From assembly GCA_964234715.1 (NCBI GenBank), contig OZ174276.1: a stretch of DNA of 64,000 nt. The stretch is one strand, 5' to 3'. How positions within the stretch are numbered: the first letter of the stretch is position 1; the number at the start of each line of letters is the position of its first letter. Below the pieces are notes generated by a model. The model worked only from the letters and a program-made list of their open reading frames with translations. It did not search any database and had not been told where the DNA came from. The DNA is from Podarcis melisellensis. Its lineage: Eukaryota. Shown here in pieces: positions 37,769-51,948 of this stretch. Made by a program: the position numbers and the translations under genes.

Positions 37769-37960
37769 TGCTTGGGTGCAATCCCAGAGTTGCTTTCCCA
37801 AGCAGATCCAGTACTGGCAGCTACAGGAGCCAGTGCTCGGCTGCATTGGCTCCTGCAGCTGCCGGTACTGGATCTGCTTGGGTGCAATCCCAGAGTTGCT
37901 TTCCCATTAACCAGTAACGGGAAAGCAACTCTGGGATTGCACCCAAGCAGATCCAGTACC
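37769..37960. repeat. Compound palindrome: two overlapping long inverted repeats plus a 31-bp direct repeat
   Basis: IR1 37797-37836/37843-37882 (37 of 40 match); IR2 37864-37905/37919-37960 (42 of 42); direct repeat 37769-37799 = 37875-37905. Confidence 0.92.
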
Positions 37961-40900
37961 TTGTTTGCCAGTACCTGCTTGCTTGTCTCTCTGCTCGACT
38001 TGGGATAGGAGCATGTTTTTACCTTGGATTGCTTATAACCCTCTCTGCACAAAAGGTGTCCATTCCGGGTCTTCCCCTCCCATCACACAGCTCCTGTGGT
38101 GAAACGGCACCCCAGTCATTCCCGTTGTTTCGTGCTGCTTCCTTGCTTTATTGGAATGTACGAAGTGTGTGTTCATGGCGCTCCTGTGGCCTTGGAAGCA
38201 GTCCTGATCCTCTTTCTGCCCTTGTGTTTATCCGCTTTCCTTTTTTCCTGTTTCTCTTTCTCTTCAGCTGTGTGAAATTGTTCTGTGCAGGATCAACATC
38301 CCCTCCTTCCTCCGCTGCTCTGCCAAAGCTACCCAAGGGGACTCTGCTATGTTTTATGAGCATTTCCAAAGAAATTTGCTTATGAAAGCCAGAGAAAGCT
38401 GCCTAGGCCTGAGCCAGCTTTGCTTGTGTCCCAGAGGAACTCCCATCCTTCTCTCTACTCTCCCACACTTGGGCTGATCCAACTTTGCAAACAGAATTTA
38501 GTCAATTCTGATTTATATCTGGCATTGTACACCTTCCCACATCCTCAAACACTTTCCCAGATTGTATTTCTCTCTCCCCCACCCCACCCCCAATTTCTGC
38601 TCCTCTGCTCATTCTGTTTTGCTTAATTCAGTCGATGCCACCCATCCCCTCACGAGCTGGTGCAATCCCTAGACTGGATTCTCCGTAACAATACTGGATC
38701 TGTTTCCGCAGCTAGTCAATCTATAGTAGCTTGACAATCAGAATCTGTTTTAAAATGTTTCTGTCTACTACTTACAGAGCTCTGGCTATGTAATTCTGCC
38801 TTGCAACCATAGCCTTTCCAAAGGTCAGGAGTGGCTGGTGGAATGAGGCATTGCTGCAAAGTTTCCTTTCCCAGACTGGTGTCTCTGCACCTCACCGGGA
38901 CAGTGTGGAGCTGGGGCTGGATGTGTGGTAGCACCGGTGAATGTGCTGTATTGGCTCCAGTGGTTCCCTCTGACCTTGCCACCACTCTGGTGCTGCACCG
39001 TCACGTAAACTGCAATCCTGGTGTCAGGAGGTTGGCTCCATGGCACTACCTGGCTGCTCCTGCCATATGTACTTCCCCACTGATCACCTCTTCCACTTTA
39101 TCATAGCCACTGTGTTGAGAGGGGAGAGTTTGTTTCTCATTGCAGTCAAGCCAGATCAGTGATCTTACCTGATAAACCTCAAGAAGTTCCACACGCCTTA
39201 CGTTAATGGATGAATTATTTGCACGGCACTCTTAACATTAAAGACTAGCAGGTCTAAAGTCTTAATAGTCCTTTCATCTGCAGAGGCATGCCATTCCTTG
39301 GCTGACCCGCTGGGCTGTCTTCCAACCTCCACTCATTTGCATAAGAGTAGCCCCTCCTCCTCCAGCTTCCAGTTTAATCCCTTTAAACATTTCTTTTCTA
39401 TCACTTGCACTGTGAAAGCTCATTTGCAGCCTGGTGTGAGCAGCATTCCATAAACTTCTGCCCTTAAGCAACATGAATGACATTGCAGAGTTATGGAAGA
39501 GCTAATGTTTGCTTGAAAAGGGCCTTTCCTCCCTCCCATTCGTGCCAAGGATTCTCTTGGCGTAAACCAAGGTTGAGAGATCTTGGAGAGCACCATTTCC
39601 CTTTTATGCTCTGGCAACAACCCTTTGCAAGTTTTGGGTGGGGGAGAGGAGAACTCTAGCAGGAGGATTCTTTAGAAATACTAGTTCATATTTAGTTCCA
39701 CATTATCTGATGTTGCCTCTGATGGGGAAACAGTGCAATTTGGAACAGTGGAGACTCAATGGTTCAGTAGACGGTAGAATCCAAAATGTTGTTTGGCTTT
39801 TTAAAAATGTAATTATGTATCCAGGAAGCTCAGGCAAAGCAGTAGGAAACAGAAGGACAAGAAAAATCAAATGGTGAAATGAATGCTAAACTAGAAGTAG
39901 GGGGGGCGGGGAATGAACAAATAATATTTGGGCTGGGAAAGAAAACACAGAACAAAAAAGGGGGAACACTGAAGTTATACTTTACAGAAAGGAGGATATT
40001 TTTTTTTAAAAAAAAATCTAGCCTGTCATTGACCTAGTGAATTCCAGGGTGCCATACAATATTTTTTTAAATGCCTGAGTAAATAAAAATGTTTTAACCT
40101 GACAATGCAAAGGTTGTAGCATCAGCACCAGTAGAGCTTCCTTGCAGCATCAACACTGTCCCTTGAAACCTACACAATGTACTCAACCAAATAATGATTA
40201 CTTGTAGAAGGGGGTCTTGTTTGAAGATCTTCATGTACAAGGATAGTAGGATGGGTAGACATGCTGCTTCAGATATTTGGGTCCCAAATTGTTTACAGCT
40301 TTGGAAGTCAGCACCAGCACCTTGAGTTGGTCATGGAAGCAAATAGGAAGCCAATGCAATGCTAGTAAGTTTTGGAGTCAATAGCTTTGGATTGGAAGTT
40401 ATACCCCCAAATGAAGGAGCATTCACACATCAGTAGAAGCTACGGAAGAAGTACTAGTGCCCCAAAATATTGTTCTCTCCTCCCTGCCACCCTTGCACCT
40501 GTTGAATTGCACTCTTAGATCCCCCAAATGATCATGCATCACTCTTGATTCTTCTTTCTGCACTTATATAGGCAACATATGAACTAGGCCTGAGGAAACT
40601 CACACAGTCTGTCTTGAGAAAGCTTAAGCTAAAGCAAAAGAAAGTTTAAAAACCACAGGACTAAGCTGGGGTATGCTAATAGCCCTGTCTTAAATTGCTG
40701 GAATCAGAATGAAGGAAACATCCATGATGGATGAAATGGAGGATGTGAGAGAGAGAACAGTCCTCCCTCACCTTTGCTTGTAAGGGCAGACTGCCCCTTG
40801 CCCAATGACAATGAGTCTGTAGAGGCTGGTTGATGATCCTTCTTTGCAACACAGCTTTTGCCACTCCCAATTGCCAGCTTGGAGAGGATTCTTCAGAGGT

Positions 40901-41872
40901 CAACTGAGCAGCCATCTGCACAGCAGGAGACCAGTTACACAAAATACCTTCTTGGCCATCTGAGTGCTGTTACTGAAACATATACGCAGCCTAATCGCAT
41001 CTAGCTTGCAGTACTTGAAATGGTCTTGATTAGGGGGTGGGAGAATCTGCTCCCAGGCAGTGTAAATGCTTCAGAGGAGCCATTTTCATCTGCTTCAGGA
41101 GAAAGCAAATGGGAAGGAAGGGGATTTCTGGCCTATTTCAAGAGTAGGAGACAGCTGCTAGTATATCTTGTTTCACATCAGCTGCACTTCACCACTGGAA
41201 ACTCAAGCATGAGTCTTGGAATTGTCTCACAATTTTTTTTTTTATTTTGTGTGCATGTGCGCACACCTGCATTCATGCTGTCCTTTAGTTAATATACTAT
41301 TGGGATGGTTAACAACCAGTAAAAACAATTACAGTAACAAAACAGTATATCTTAACAACCTGATTAAAACAGTGGAGACAATAAAAAAATGCAAGCATTA
41401 CAGAGGAAGGGGGGGAGTCATACCACTGCATTATGCGGCTGTTTTATTTGATTCCTAGGTGTGGCAGTATTAAATTTCTTGGGGTTTCTTAGGTGAGAAA
41501 AATAAGTAGACAGTTAAAAGGTACCATTTTATATTGAATTTACAAGTCACATCACAACTTTTCAGCATCCCTCATTTTGGGAATTTGAAAGTTGCAAAAT
41601 TCAGCATGTCTTGCTGTCCTACAGTCGTCAGCCTTCTTGACTTTGCTCAACTTGCTAGTATTAGAATGATAATGTGATATATTCCTTAAAGGGATTGGGC
41701 TTTATGCACATACAGTGGATAGAAATTTATCACTTGAGAATTTATTCTCCACTGATACCTACTGTAGTCTTGCAGCTTTGTCCTGTTGCCTCCTTTCTCT
41801 CTCTTCTCTTCTCTCTCTTACTCCGCTGCCACCTTCTTTCCCTCTTTTATTCGAATTTTTAAAAGAACACTT

Positions 41873-42061
41873 NNNNNNNNNNNNNNNNNNNNNNNNNNNN
41901 NNNNNNNNNNNNNNNNNNNNNNNNNNNNNNNNNNNNNNNNNNNNNNNNNNNNNNNNNNNNNNNNNNNNNNNNNNNNNNNNNNNNNNNNNNNNNNNNNNNN
42001 NNNNNNNNNNNNNNNNNNNNNNNNNNNNNNNNNNNNNNNNNNNNNNNNNNNNNNNNNNNNN
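41873..42061. other. Assembly gap (189 N)
   Basis: Run of N. Confidence 1.
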
Positions 42062-42853
42062 CCCATATTCCCTCCCTGCACTATTCAAGATCCTGGCTTT
42101 TAGCTAGATAAGATTACAAGTAAACCTGTGTGTCTTTCTTCATCTCTTCCTTATATTAGCCCATTTCCATCATGCTTTTGAAATTAAGATTCCAAAGCTG
42201 AATCCTGTTGGTACTGAGTATCCTCCTTCTCATTATGTTTACCAGGATGTGAACACTCAGGGTCAGGGTCTCCCTCTCCAAATCTCTTCTTTAAACCCTC
42301 CCATTTCACTTCAGCACACAATTGAGCTTAGTTCTCTCTAAGGAGATTTGGGATGCTGTGTACTGAAGGACACTGTTTAACAATAAACGCTATGGTTGAA
42401 CAGCAGCAGAAGCGCTGGCTTAATGGGTCTTGAAGGTTGTATCTGAAATGCAGCCTGTGGGAGAGGAATCCTGTATCTATAGCAACACAAAACCTGAATG
42501 AGGGGAGGGTGTATTCTCATCTATAAGCGGGAGATTGGATCAGGATTAGAAGGCCAGGAGGTAACTTGAATTCTGTCAATGCCATAACTATTCGATTGAC
42601 AAAAAGATGCCAAAGAAAGCAGTGCCTTGGAGCATTACCAGAATAGTTCCGTACTTCCATCCAGTGGCTTACTGTAGATTTTGCTTAAAGCGCATCATTA
42701 TAGCTATTGAACCATTATATAAGAAACAGTGGAGTCACCCCTAGTCTCCTTATTATGTATATGATAGCAGCATAGAGGTGCCTCCATAGAAAAATTGGCC
42801 TAGAGGTGCTTGCTGTGTGGACAGACAGAAAGCAATTCTGTGCCATGTTGTTA

Positions 42854-43392
42854 CCGTATTTTTTGCTCCATAAGGCGCACCGGACCATAAGGCGCACCTA
42901 GTTTTTAGAGGGGGAAATCAAGAAAAAAAATCTGTCCACTTCTCCCAGAGCTGCTGGGGCTGCCGGGGGAAGCCCGGGCCCCACCCCATCCCAAAGAGCA
43001 AAGAAGCCAAGACAGCGAGCGGGATCCATCCTGCTGGCTGTCTTGGCTTCCTCTTTAGCCACACGCAACCTCTCTGGCCGGGAGAGGCTGCGCACGGCTA
43101 TGGCAATACCCCCACCTTCCGCAAAAGCCCACAGGAGCCGCGTACCCTTTAAGGAGCGCACGGCTCCTGTGGGTTTTTCTATGAGGAGGGAGAAGGGACT
43201 GACTGGCCATGTCAGTCCCTTCTCCCTCCTGGGGAAAAGCCCGCAAGAGCCGCGCGGAGCACACAAGCTCCGCGCGGCTCTTGCGGGCTTTTTCTGCCAG
43301 CCTCCCCCCTGTATTCACTCCATAAGATGCACACACATTTCCCCTTACTTTTTAGGTGGGGAAAAGTCTGTCTTATGGAGCGAAAAATACGG
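42854..43392. mobile_element. pogo/Tc2-type MITE (CCGTATTTTT TIR family), 539 bp
   Basis: TA|CCGTATTTTTTGCTCCATAAG ... CTTATGGAGCGAAAAATACGG|TA; several internal hairpins. Confidence 0.9.
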
Positions 43393-43623
43393 TAACAATG
43401 GAAGCAGCCAAAGAGAGGTCTTAAAGAAAAAATGCAGCTTTTGCAATGCAAATTGGTGTCTGCATTGGAATTAGAATCCAAATCAAGGGGGGAAGATTCC
43501 AAGAAAAGTTAGGGCACTGAGGGCAATTCACACTGCCCGTGATTGTGTGCAGTTTTCCCAAGGCAAAATACAATCAGATTAAATGCATGTTTTAAATAAC
43601 ACTGATGTCTAAAACACACATGG

Positions 43624-43689
43624 CTAAAAGATTGGTGGTTGCCTGATGCTAATGTTTCTAAAAGATTGGTGGTTGCCTAATGCTAATGT
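43624..43689. repeat. 34-bp tandem duplication
   Basis: CTAAAAGATTGGTGGTTGCCT[G/A]ATGCTAATGT x2, one mismatch. Confidence 0.9.
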
Positions 43690-45864
43690 AGAGTTTGTGG
43701 AGTATGGGAACTGACCTTAAGACCTGCAGAAATGGAAGGGACTTGAGAATGCTATTAATCACTCAAGTTCCATGAATTTCAATAATATTTGGGACTATAC
43801 CCCATGTGTCTCAACTTTCAGCAAAGGATCCTACCCGTACAGCTGCACTGTCTGCGACATTCAGTTTTTGTTTGTGTGTCTATTTAATTTACAGGGACCC
43901 AGATTTAGCTTCTACATTATCAAAATCTCTCTATGTATGCAGAATTCAATACCAATATATTTTTGTAACATTTTTTCAACTGCTTAACATATTAATGTTC
44001 CCCATATCAAAGTCCTTTTTTTCATCTTTGTTTTCTTTCCAGTTTGGGTACTGGAAATTGTAGATTTCAATGACATCAATATCTGAACTCCATTTTTACA
44101 CTCAGTTACCATTCTAGAACTCTCTTTCTAATTCAAGAATCTGTTCACACCTAGAAGGGACACAAGTGTTCTTAACATTTAAAGGCAACTAGCCAGGCAG
44201 TTTTAAAGGCTTCATGTTCACACTTTTCCAAAATTTTCTCTATTCTCTTGCTTTCCCCCCCCACTCCATCTGGTTTCATTGTATTGCTTCACACTTTTCA
44301 AAGTTGGTTAACTTTGCAAGGTGACATGAAACTTAGAAAACAGCTTTCTGTCCGTTCCCTATGTTTCTACTTTATGGTAACAAAAGTGGGACAGATTTTT
44401 ATTAGGCGCGTCTTTGTGTATGCTTGCGAATGTAGCATGTGCTGAAGCCCTTGGAGTCAAAACTGTACAGTTATGGAAGTCTCGGATGGAGTTCTCCTCC
44501 ACAATATGTGGGGAAAACTAGCCAGCTTAGAAGACTATTTAAAAAAGCATTTGTCTACTGACTATTAGCTGTCTTAGACATCTTTCTTTAACTTTGATGC
44601 CCTCCAGATGTTTTGTATTATAACAGACACCATCCCTGGGCACTGGCCATGCTGACTAGTTGGAGTTCTCCAACATCTGCCATGTACCAAGCTGAGGATG
44701 ACTGTTCTAGGGCTTTAGAGCTCCAAACCCAGCACAGTGCAGAATGGCAACCTGTTCAACTAGTACAAAATCAGTGTTACATGCTCCAGCTGCCCTATCC
44801 TCATCAACATGTGGGTTCTGCCCAAGTTAAAGTTTCCCAGCTGTACTCAGTTTAACCTGTATGTCACTAGTGGTAGCAGCCTCAGCTAACAAGTCACTCC
44901 TAGCAGTGCCTCTAGCTGTGCTTCCACAGACAGAACCCTGTGAAGACCCCTAAGATGTGAATTTTGTCCTTCAGGGGAAGTGCAATCCTGTCCAAGGCTA
45001 CTTGTAAGCCTCCCCCCAGATTTCCCAGTTTCCTCACCCACAGCACCTCCATCTTGTCTAGATTAAGCTTCAAGCTTCTTCTCATTCATCCCCAAGCCAC
45101 CACTTGAGGAGCGGCTGAAGCGTTTCACAACCTACTGGGGCAAGCAGTTGGAAGTGAGAGGAAGAGCAGCGTGCCACCTGTATATCGGTGGCCCCTCACC
45201 TCAAGCCTCCAAGTGATCTCTTGCAGAAGTTTTGTGTAGTTTTTTTTAAAAAAAACACACACACAACAACATGGCAGACAGAATGGAACCTCGTAAGCCA
45301 AAGGCCGTTTGGCTGGAACAGAGGTCCCCCAGCATCATCTTCTGGGTTGACTCTTCAGGAAGTTCTCCTGTAACACTGTGCCCCCAACCCTGAAAATATC
45401 ACTTAGAGGAATTCCGGTGCTTCCCCAAGCATTCTGGTATCAATATTTCCTTGCTGTGTGAATGTGATCCCTGCCCCCTTGTCAACCAGTGCTTCCATTG
45501 TGACTGAGATCCCTTAAACTGCAGTTTCATTGCTACTGTAAACATCTGTTGAACAGTGCCCAGACATCTCCATGATAAATGGTACCTACTCTCCTGGCTC
45601 CATTTTGTGACATTCTAAAACTAGATTGATTGATTGTTTCATTGATGTAGAGGTTAAGAATTCTGCTATTGTGGCAAATACAGGGAGTGGGGAGACGACA
45701 ACATCAGCAAGGCCAAATTATCATTCTGCAGCAGCCCTCTTACCTCACAGCAAGGCTACCGGTTACCCCCCCCCACTCCCCTTCATTACAGGGATGGGAT
45801 AAAACACTTACACTGATCTGAGTGGGTATAGCCTTGGAGGGAAAGTTGCTGTTTGCCAGAAATG

Positions 45865-46275
45865 TATTTATTTATTTTTTATTTTATATCCCTCCTTTAT
45901 CCCAGAGCAGGACCCAGTGCAGTTCACAGCATGTATTAAAACAATTTAATTAAATGACTATGCCTATACCAATTGAAAGCAGCCCTATTAAAAGCAACAC
46001 TGAAAACTATTAAATAGCAGAACGACAAAAGAGAAAAAGAAAATGTACACCACCACTCTCAGAAGACCTGTTTGTGGCCAAAGGCCTGTCTGGACAAAAG
46101 ATATATTTGCCTGTCTGGCGAAAGGAAGGTGGAGAGACAGCTAGGCTGGGCTGGTGTCACTATCAGGGAGTAGCCACTGAGAAGGCCCCCTCTTGTGACC
46201 TCACCAAATGTGTCTGTAGAGGTGGAGGAACCCATAGAAAAGCCTTCCCAGAGGATCTCAAAGCCCCCATAGGAT
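45865..46275 (-). mobile_element. L2-type LINE 3' fragment
   Basis: (TTTA)n tail, tatatccctccttt..., gccactgagaaggccccctcttgtgacctcaccaa...ccagaggatctcaaagccc; same pattern as 34975-36480. Confidence 0.7.
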
Positions 46276-46907
46276 CTTTCTTCTTCTTTTAATATACCTA
46301 AGTTATTTTGTTTTGCTGGAGGAACTGGTGGCATGCTGAGTCAGAGGGATGTTCTTGGGCTCTCTTGTCCTTTTAGTGTTTCACAAGGTATAAGAGCAAG
46401 GCACCCAAGAGATTATGACATACATTTTTTATTTATGCATTTAAAAATGCAAACTGCACCTTTTAACCTATAAACAAGCAAGGTTCTCCAGGGTGGTTAC
46501 AACCATTAAAACACAATAAAGGTAATTTTAAAACATACTAAAATATACTGCGTAGCTAAAAAAACACACACCCCAGAACTTCCATTCTTCACAGCAGCCA
46601 AGCATTTTACATCCCAAAGGCCTATGAATGTAAAATAATATATATTAAATATACAAGTATAAATTAAACATCCAATAAATATTCAATTAAAAACTTTGCT
46701 TCTGTTCATGTTGGACCTGAGTCTAAGGGATCTCATTATGGCTGCATAAAAACCCGAGGCTCTAAATATGCTGAACTTGGGAGATGTATAGTTTTAGAAT
46801 TAGGCAAATTTATAAGGGAGGGAGGCTGAGTTACAGGCGGTGATGGAGAAACATAAATGCTAGGCAGGGAGAGAGCAGATGTAAAATCAAAGCAGATGTC
46901 AAGCCCT

Positions 46908-46908
<1 letters not shown>

Positions 46909-46945
<37 letters not shown>
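46909..46945. repeat. (GT)n microsatellite followed by (AC)n
   Basis: Read directly. Confidence 0.9.
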
Positions 46946-46946
<1 letters not shown>

Positions 46947-49425
46947 ACGTGTACATACACACACACGCACACACTGGTATTTTACTGGGCCTTGAGTACA
47001 TTTACAGGGCCCCATAAATCATATACACAAGGCCCTTTTATGAGCACTGCACACCTACTCTCTCTCTCTCTGTGTGTGTGTTAGCATTGGCCAGGCACAG
47101 AGAGGGAAATAGCACTGGATCTTACAAATCCAGAAAGGTTGGTGGAGGGGAGAGCCTCTCTCTCTCTAAGCAGCACCGACATTTATCTTTCCTGCAGCAG
47201 TGTTTAAAGTGAAAAGGGAGTATCAGGAGAGTTTGATAGGATCCAATTAAATTCTAGCAGATAAAATAATGATGAATTGCAGTTGAGCCCCGGCGAGACA
47301 TGATGTGCATTACTGCCCTCCCTATAGTGCTGGGAAGGCATTGAGGTCATCAACTATAGAAAAATAGGACACAGTTGCAACTGTACTATTCGTGCAGAAA
47401 ACAGCCTAGGGAAATGAAGTTGGAAGCTGATTGTGTGAGTATATACGTTCAAGGTGGATGTTCCCACTGTAACATGGTTGTTTATGAGTCTATGAGATTA
47501 GCGGACAGGCCGTATTCCTTGTTGAGAGCCTTTCTCTTTAGCCATTGCACACACTCTGGATATGGGACTGACAAAAAATAAACAAAAATATTAGATACAT
47601 AAGCTTCTTACTGTGATGGAGAGCATTTTTACAGGTTTGTACTTCTCTGAATGAATGAAATAAAAGTTCAGAATAGGTCCACTAAGCAAGTGTTGATAAA
47701 ATTATCCATTGAATTGCTGAGATTGCCTACCTTTTTCAAACTTGGTGCAGCTGGGTGCGTGTTTAACGTAAACTAGTCTTGCTAGAGTTCTCCTATTAGA
47801 ATATATAAGTAAAATACATTGAAGGGACTATTGTTAGTCAGGAATAGCATGCATTACTTAAGAGTGTGAGAATTGGGAATGAGTAAAAACATTTAATTTC
47901 TTTCATCTTTGGGGTGGACTGAAACTTTCTCTAGCCTGTTTCCAAAACCATCCATCTTGAGTGTTTTGTTTCAAGTGTTTTTGATACTTTGGTGGAACAT
48001 GGTAAAGAGAAAACTCATCAGAAAACAATCTGAAAAACTCCAAATAAAGTATCCTGGGGGGATATAGGCAAATCCCTTCATTTGAGTTTAAATCTGGACT
48101 GATTTGGAGCCTTGTGGAGACAACACTGTAAAAGTGTAGCATCTTTCAAGGAATTCACTAAGGTGTTCAGAAGGTGTTTATTCCATACTACAGACATTTG
48201 GAGGGCGGGATGCCTAGTATAAAGATCTTGGGCATCTTAGCTTTCACATTGAAGAAACAGGGCCTAGCCTGCCTATTAATAATAAAGATGCTGAAAACGT
48301 GTATGCCATGAGCATCTTATTTTTCCTCCCCCTGTTACGTTCCTCTGTAGTGGATATTTTGCACTGGATTCTGATGCTCTTCCTCCTTTCCTTCCTCTGC
48401 CTGTGTTTCCATATCTATACTATGTCTCTGGGTGTCCTTCTGCATCCATCTGTTTGCTTGCTTATCATGCTGTGTGCCCATCTGTGTAAGTTTCTGTCCA
48501 CCTGCATATGTGTGTTCCTCTGATTTCTAAAGACAGATAATTTGTTTTGAATATTTGGTGTAGATTTTGGAAACAAGGAGCATTGGTGGTAGACTTGCAA
48601 CAGGTGATGGATTTCTCAGTCAAGAACGGAGACAACATTATGTCAAAGGATGGAAGCAGGCAGGCAGCTAGTATCCACTTTGGCCCACTCATAATTAAGG
48701 ACAGCCAGGATAGGCTAAGAAGTTGGTAGGGACATTAAATAATGTTTATGATGTGCCTGAGTCCTTGGGTTCATTGAATTTTGATGCCACATAAAGTCCT
48801 TTCTGCTGCTAAGTGAAATTGTCAGAGTGCCACCCATGTTTTGTCAGCCTCTTACTGTGTATAGCCACATGGGAAGTCTGCATGACTACATGGTTTAGGC
48901 ATGTTATAGCCTCTGTGTAGATTGCTGCTTGTGGAGATACTTTTATGCACTAGTGTTGAGATATGGAAGACAAAATTTGGACCTTGATGAAGGGTGGGGT
49001 GGGGAGACAGAGCTGCATAAGGCAGCTCAGTTTTTATGGACTCTCTCGTCCTGTATTGGATCCTGCCTTCTGACCAGTGTGAGCCAATGCCATATTTCAC
49101 AGGGAAGAAGAGTTTTGACACGCATCGGGGTGTAAAGAATGCTAGACATTCCCAGGGCGGGAGCAGAGGAAGCTGGGCCATCTCAGGTATAAAGCGTTGC
49201 TTGGGATCTCCTATCTTTCTTTCAGACATCCTAACCTTTATCTGAGAGAGCTGAATAACAGATAGGAACCACATGCTAGCTTCACTCAGAGAAAATAGAG
49301 GGGCAGGAGACAGACTTTTCTACACAAAGGTTTCCAAACAGACCAAGCTGTGAAGCTATTGCTGAAAGTTGGCTTGTGAACCCTTGCTTGTTTGGAAGCC
49401 ATTTACCATAGTTTCCTGGCTTGCA

Positions 49426-49790
49426 GGTGGCGCAGGTGGCGCTGTGGGTAAAACCTCAGTGCCTAGGACTTGCCGATTGTATGGTCGGCGGTTCGAATCC
49501 CTGCGGCGGGGTGAGCTCCTGTCTTTCGGTTCCAGCTCCTGCTCACCTAGCAGTTCGAAAGCACTCCTAAGTGCAAGTAGATAAATAGGTACCCCTTTAT
49601 AGCGGGAAGGTAAACTGCGTTTCCGTGTGCTGCGCTGGTGCTGGCTCACCAGAGCAGCTTCGTCACGCTGGCCATGTGACCCGGAAGTGTCTCCGGACAG
49701 CGCTGGCCCCCGGCCTCTTAAGTGAGATGGGCGCACAATCCTAGAGTCGGACACGACTGGCCCGCACGGGCAGGGGTACCTTTACCTTTA
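49426..49790 (+). mobile_element. Sauria SINE (lacertid POM-like), full length
   Basis: tRNA-like head with A box TGGCGCTGTGGG and B box GGTTCGAATCC; AAGTAGATAAATAGGTACC core; Bov-B-like tail GAGTCGGACACGACT; (ACCTTT)n end; 11-bp TSD CCTGGCTTGCA. Confidence 0.93.
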
Positions 49791-50061
49791 CCTGGCTTGC
49801 ATGAAACAGGAAATGAAGGTTAGCTGCAGCTTCCTGGCTTGTTTCCGCACATGGGTGAAAGGACAACCAATGCAGGGTCCATACGGAGTGCGTTCAGGTT
49901 CATGGAACTCATGCATATCCTCACTTGCTAAACCAGGATCTGAATGTCCAAATATGGCCATTGATTAATTTTAATCTTACTGTATTGTATTAATATGTTG
50001 CCAGCTTTCTGGAGGTTGCTTTTAAAGTTTGTAAACCACCATAAAATCTTGAATGAAGATC

Positions 50062-50305
50062 AGCGGGACCAGAGTTCAGTGGTAGAGCAGCTGTTTTGTA
50101 CACAGAAGGACCCACGTTTAGTTTTTGGCATCTCCAGTTAATATAGGACCATTTAATCCATTTAGTCCACTTTGATCTACTCTTACTAGCAGCAGCTCTC
50201 CAAAGCCTCAAGCTGGGATCTTCCACGTAATCTGCTAGTAAATCAGAGATGCCAAGGGACTGAATCTTCTCTCATTTGCATGCAAAAGATACACTTTACG
50301 TGCCC
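50062..50305. mobile_element. Two degraded tRNA-derived SINE fragments (Squam3-like) in opposite orientation
   Basis: + head gttcagtggtagagcagctgttttgtacacagaagg...ggcatctccag, then a - copy gagatgccaagggactgaatc...tttgcatgcaaaag. Confidence 0.5.
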
Positions 50306-51948
50306 TAAATTTGGTCCTGCCCCAAATTGCACACTTTTGGCCATTTCAGCAATTTAATGAAGAGAAAAACAATGCCAAGAAAGTTATTTGATATACCCCC
50401 CCCCCCGTTTAATTAATTTTAGCAGATGAAAATAAGAGAAGCCACTACTATATGATTACCCAGCCTTCTTCAAGCCGCTTCTTGGAAACCCATTTTATAT
50501 AAAATAATTGCACTGAAGGTGGCTTGTCCTGCTTTTACAGCTGATTCTTTCAGTTGAGGCAAAATGGCCTGTTGTGAGCACACAGAGCAGAAATCCATGC
50601 ACATCTCAGTGTTCGTTGTGACAAAGGCCTCTCACTTTGCGTACCGCTCACTTTGCGTATATTGTTATTGTTGTTGCAACTCCCTCGTGTGTAAAATGAG
50701 GATTATAAAATAGATTTGCTTCTCACATTCTCCAATGAAGGCTGCGAGAGGGCAGGTGGGAGTGTTGATTAGTTACTGTGTAAATTTCTGTGGTGCGTAA
50801 TTGCAGAGTGTTGTAATCTAAATATATGTATTACGGAAAGTAAAAACAAATCCTTTTTGAGCTTTCAAGGCATGCACAGGATCCATCTGGGTATCTGTCA
50901 ACAACAAATAAATACAGCTTAAATTAAAATAATTGGAGTACGGCCAAGTCTTGAGGTCAGGGATCTGTAGCAATCACGACTGGCAAATCAGCAAGACAAG
51001 TGCAGGAGCTTTTGTTGTAGGAGAATGGCACAGAGCGTCAAACTCAGGCTAGCGTGGTTAAATGCTCTTCTTCTTGGTGCTTTCCAGAGATGCACTCATC
51101 TATGAATACAATACCTCTCTACCCCCACCCTGCCCCCTTAAGGCACTTGCCACCAGATGCAATTTATGAGTGTTTGGATTATTCATATCTTCCAGTTGAT
51201 TCCCTTTAGATCCTGATTTTGATAATCTCCTTAGTAAATTCTTCAAGAAGAAACAGGGCAGAAGACTGACACTTGGGTTGGACCGCCAAGCGGGGAAGCT
51301 TGATAGTGTATATGTACCAACAGTTCAACTATTAGGTCTGAAGTAACAAGTAGTACTGTTAACTTGAGAAAAACCAGCATTAGTCATTTTCACTCAGATG
51401 TGTAGATATTCATTCTCATTAGTTAATGGTGATTTATTGACAGCCGTTTCCATTAGAAACTAGATTTGTTTGTGGGGATGGTCGTATATGTATTGGGGTG
51501 ACTGTCCCCCAAAGTCAAGAAAATTGGGTAGCCAACATGGTACCCTCCAGTTGTTTGTGAACTACAATTCCCATCGTCCCTAACCACTGGCCTTAATTGT
51601 TGGGGCTAATGAGAATTGTCATTGAACACCTCAATGGCTTCTACTCCTGTTATGTCCTGCTATTCCAGAGATGTTATTTTGTCTATGTATAGTGTAGCAC
51701 GGCAGAAATTTGAAAGGCCAATCCAGGTAGCACTTTGTCATAACTATTAACTCAACCAATAAAATATCTTTAGAAATGTGTATTTATAAACATGCAGATG
51801 GCATCATGCTACTACTAAGACAACAAATCAGCAGGCATTATTACTATTTTTATAGCCAGCCTTACCTCATTGTATGTTTATTTGGAAATAAGCTGCTTTG
51901 ATGTTGGTGAGAGTAACTTGCAAATAAATGCACCAGACCCTTGTTATA

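Noticed and set aside
41715-42107. ORFs containing X runs
   Set aside because: They span the N gap.
49426-49510. tRNA gene suggested by A and B boxes
   Set aside because: It is the head of a Sauria SINE with body, tail and TSD.
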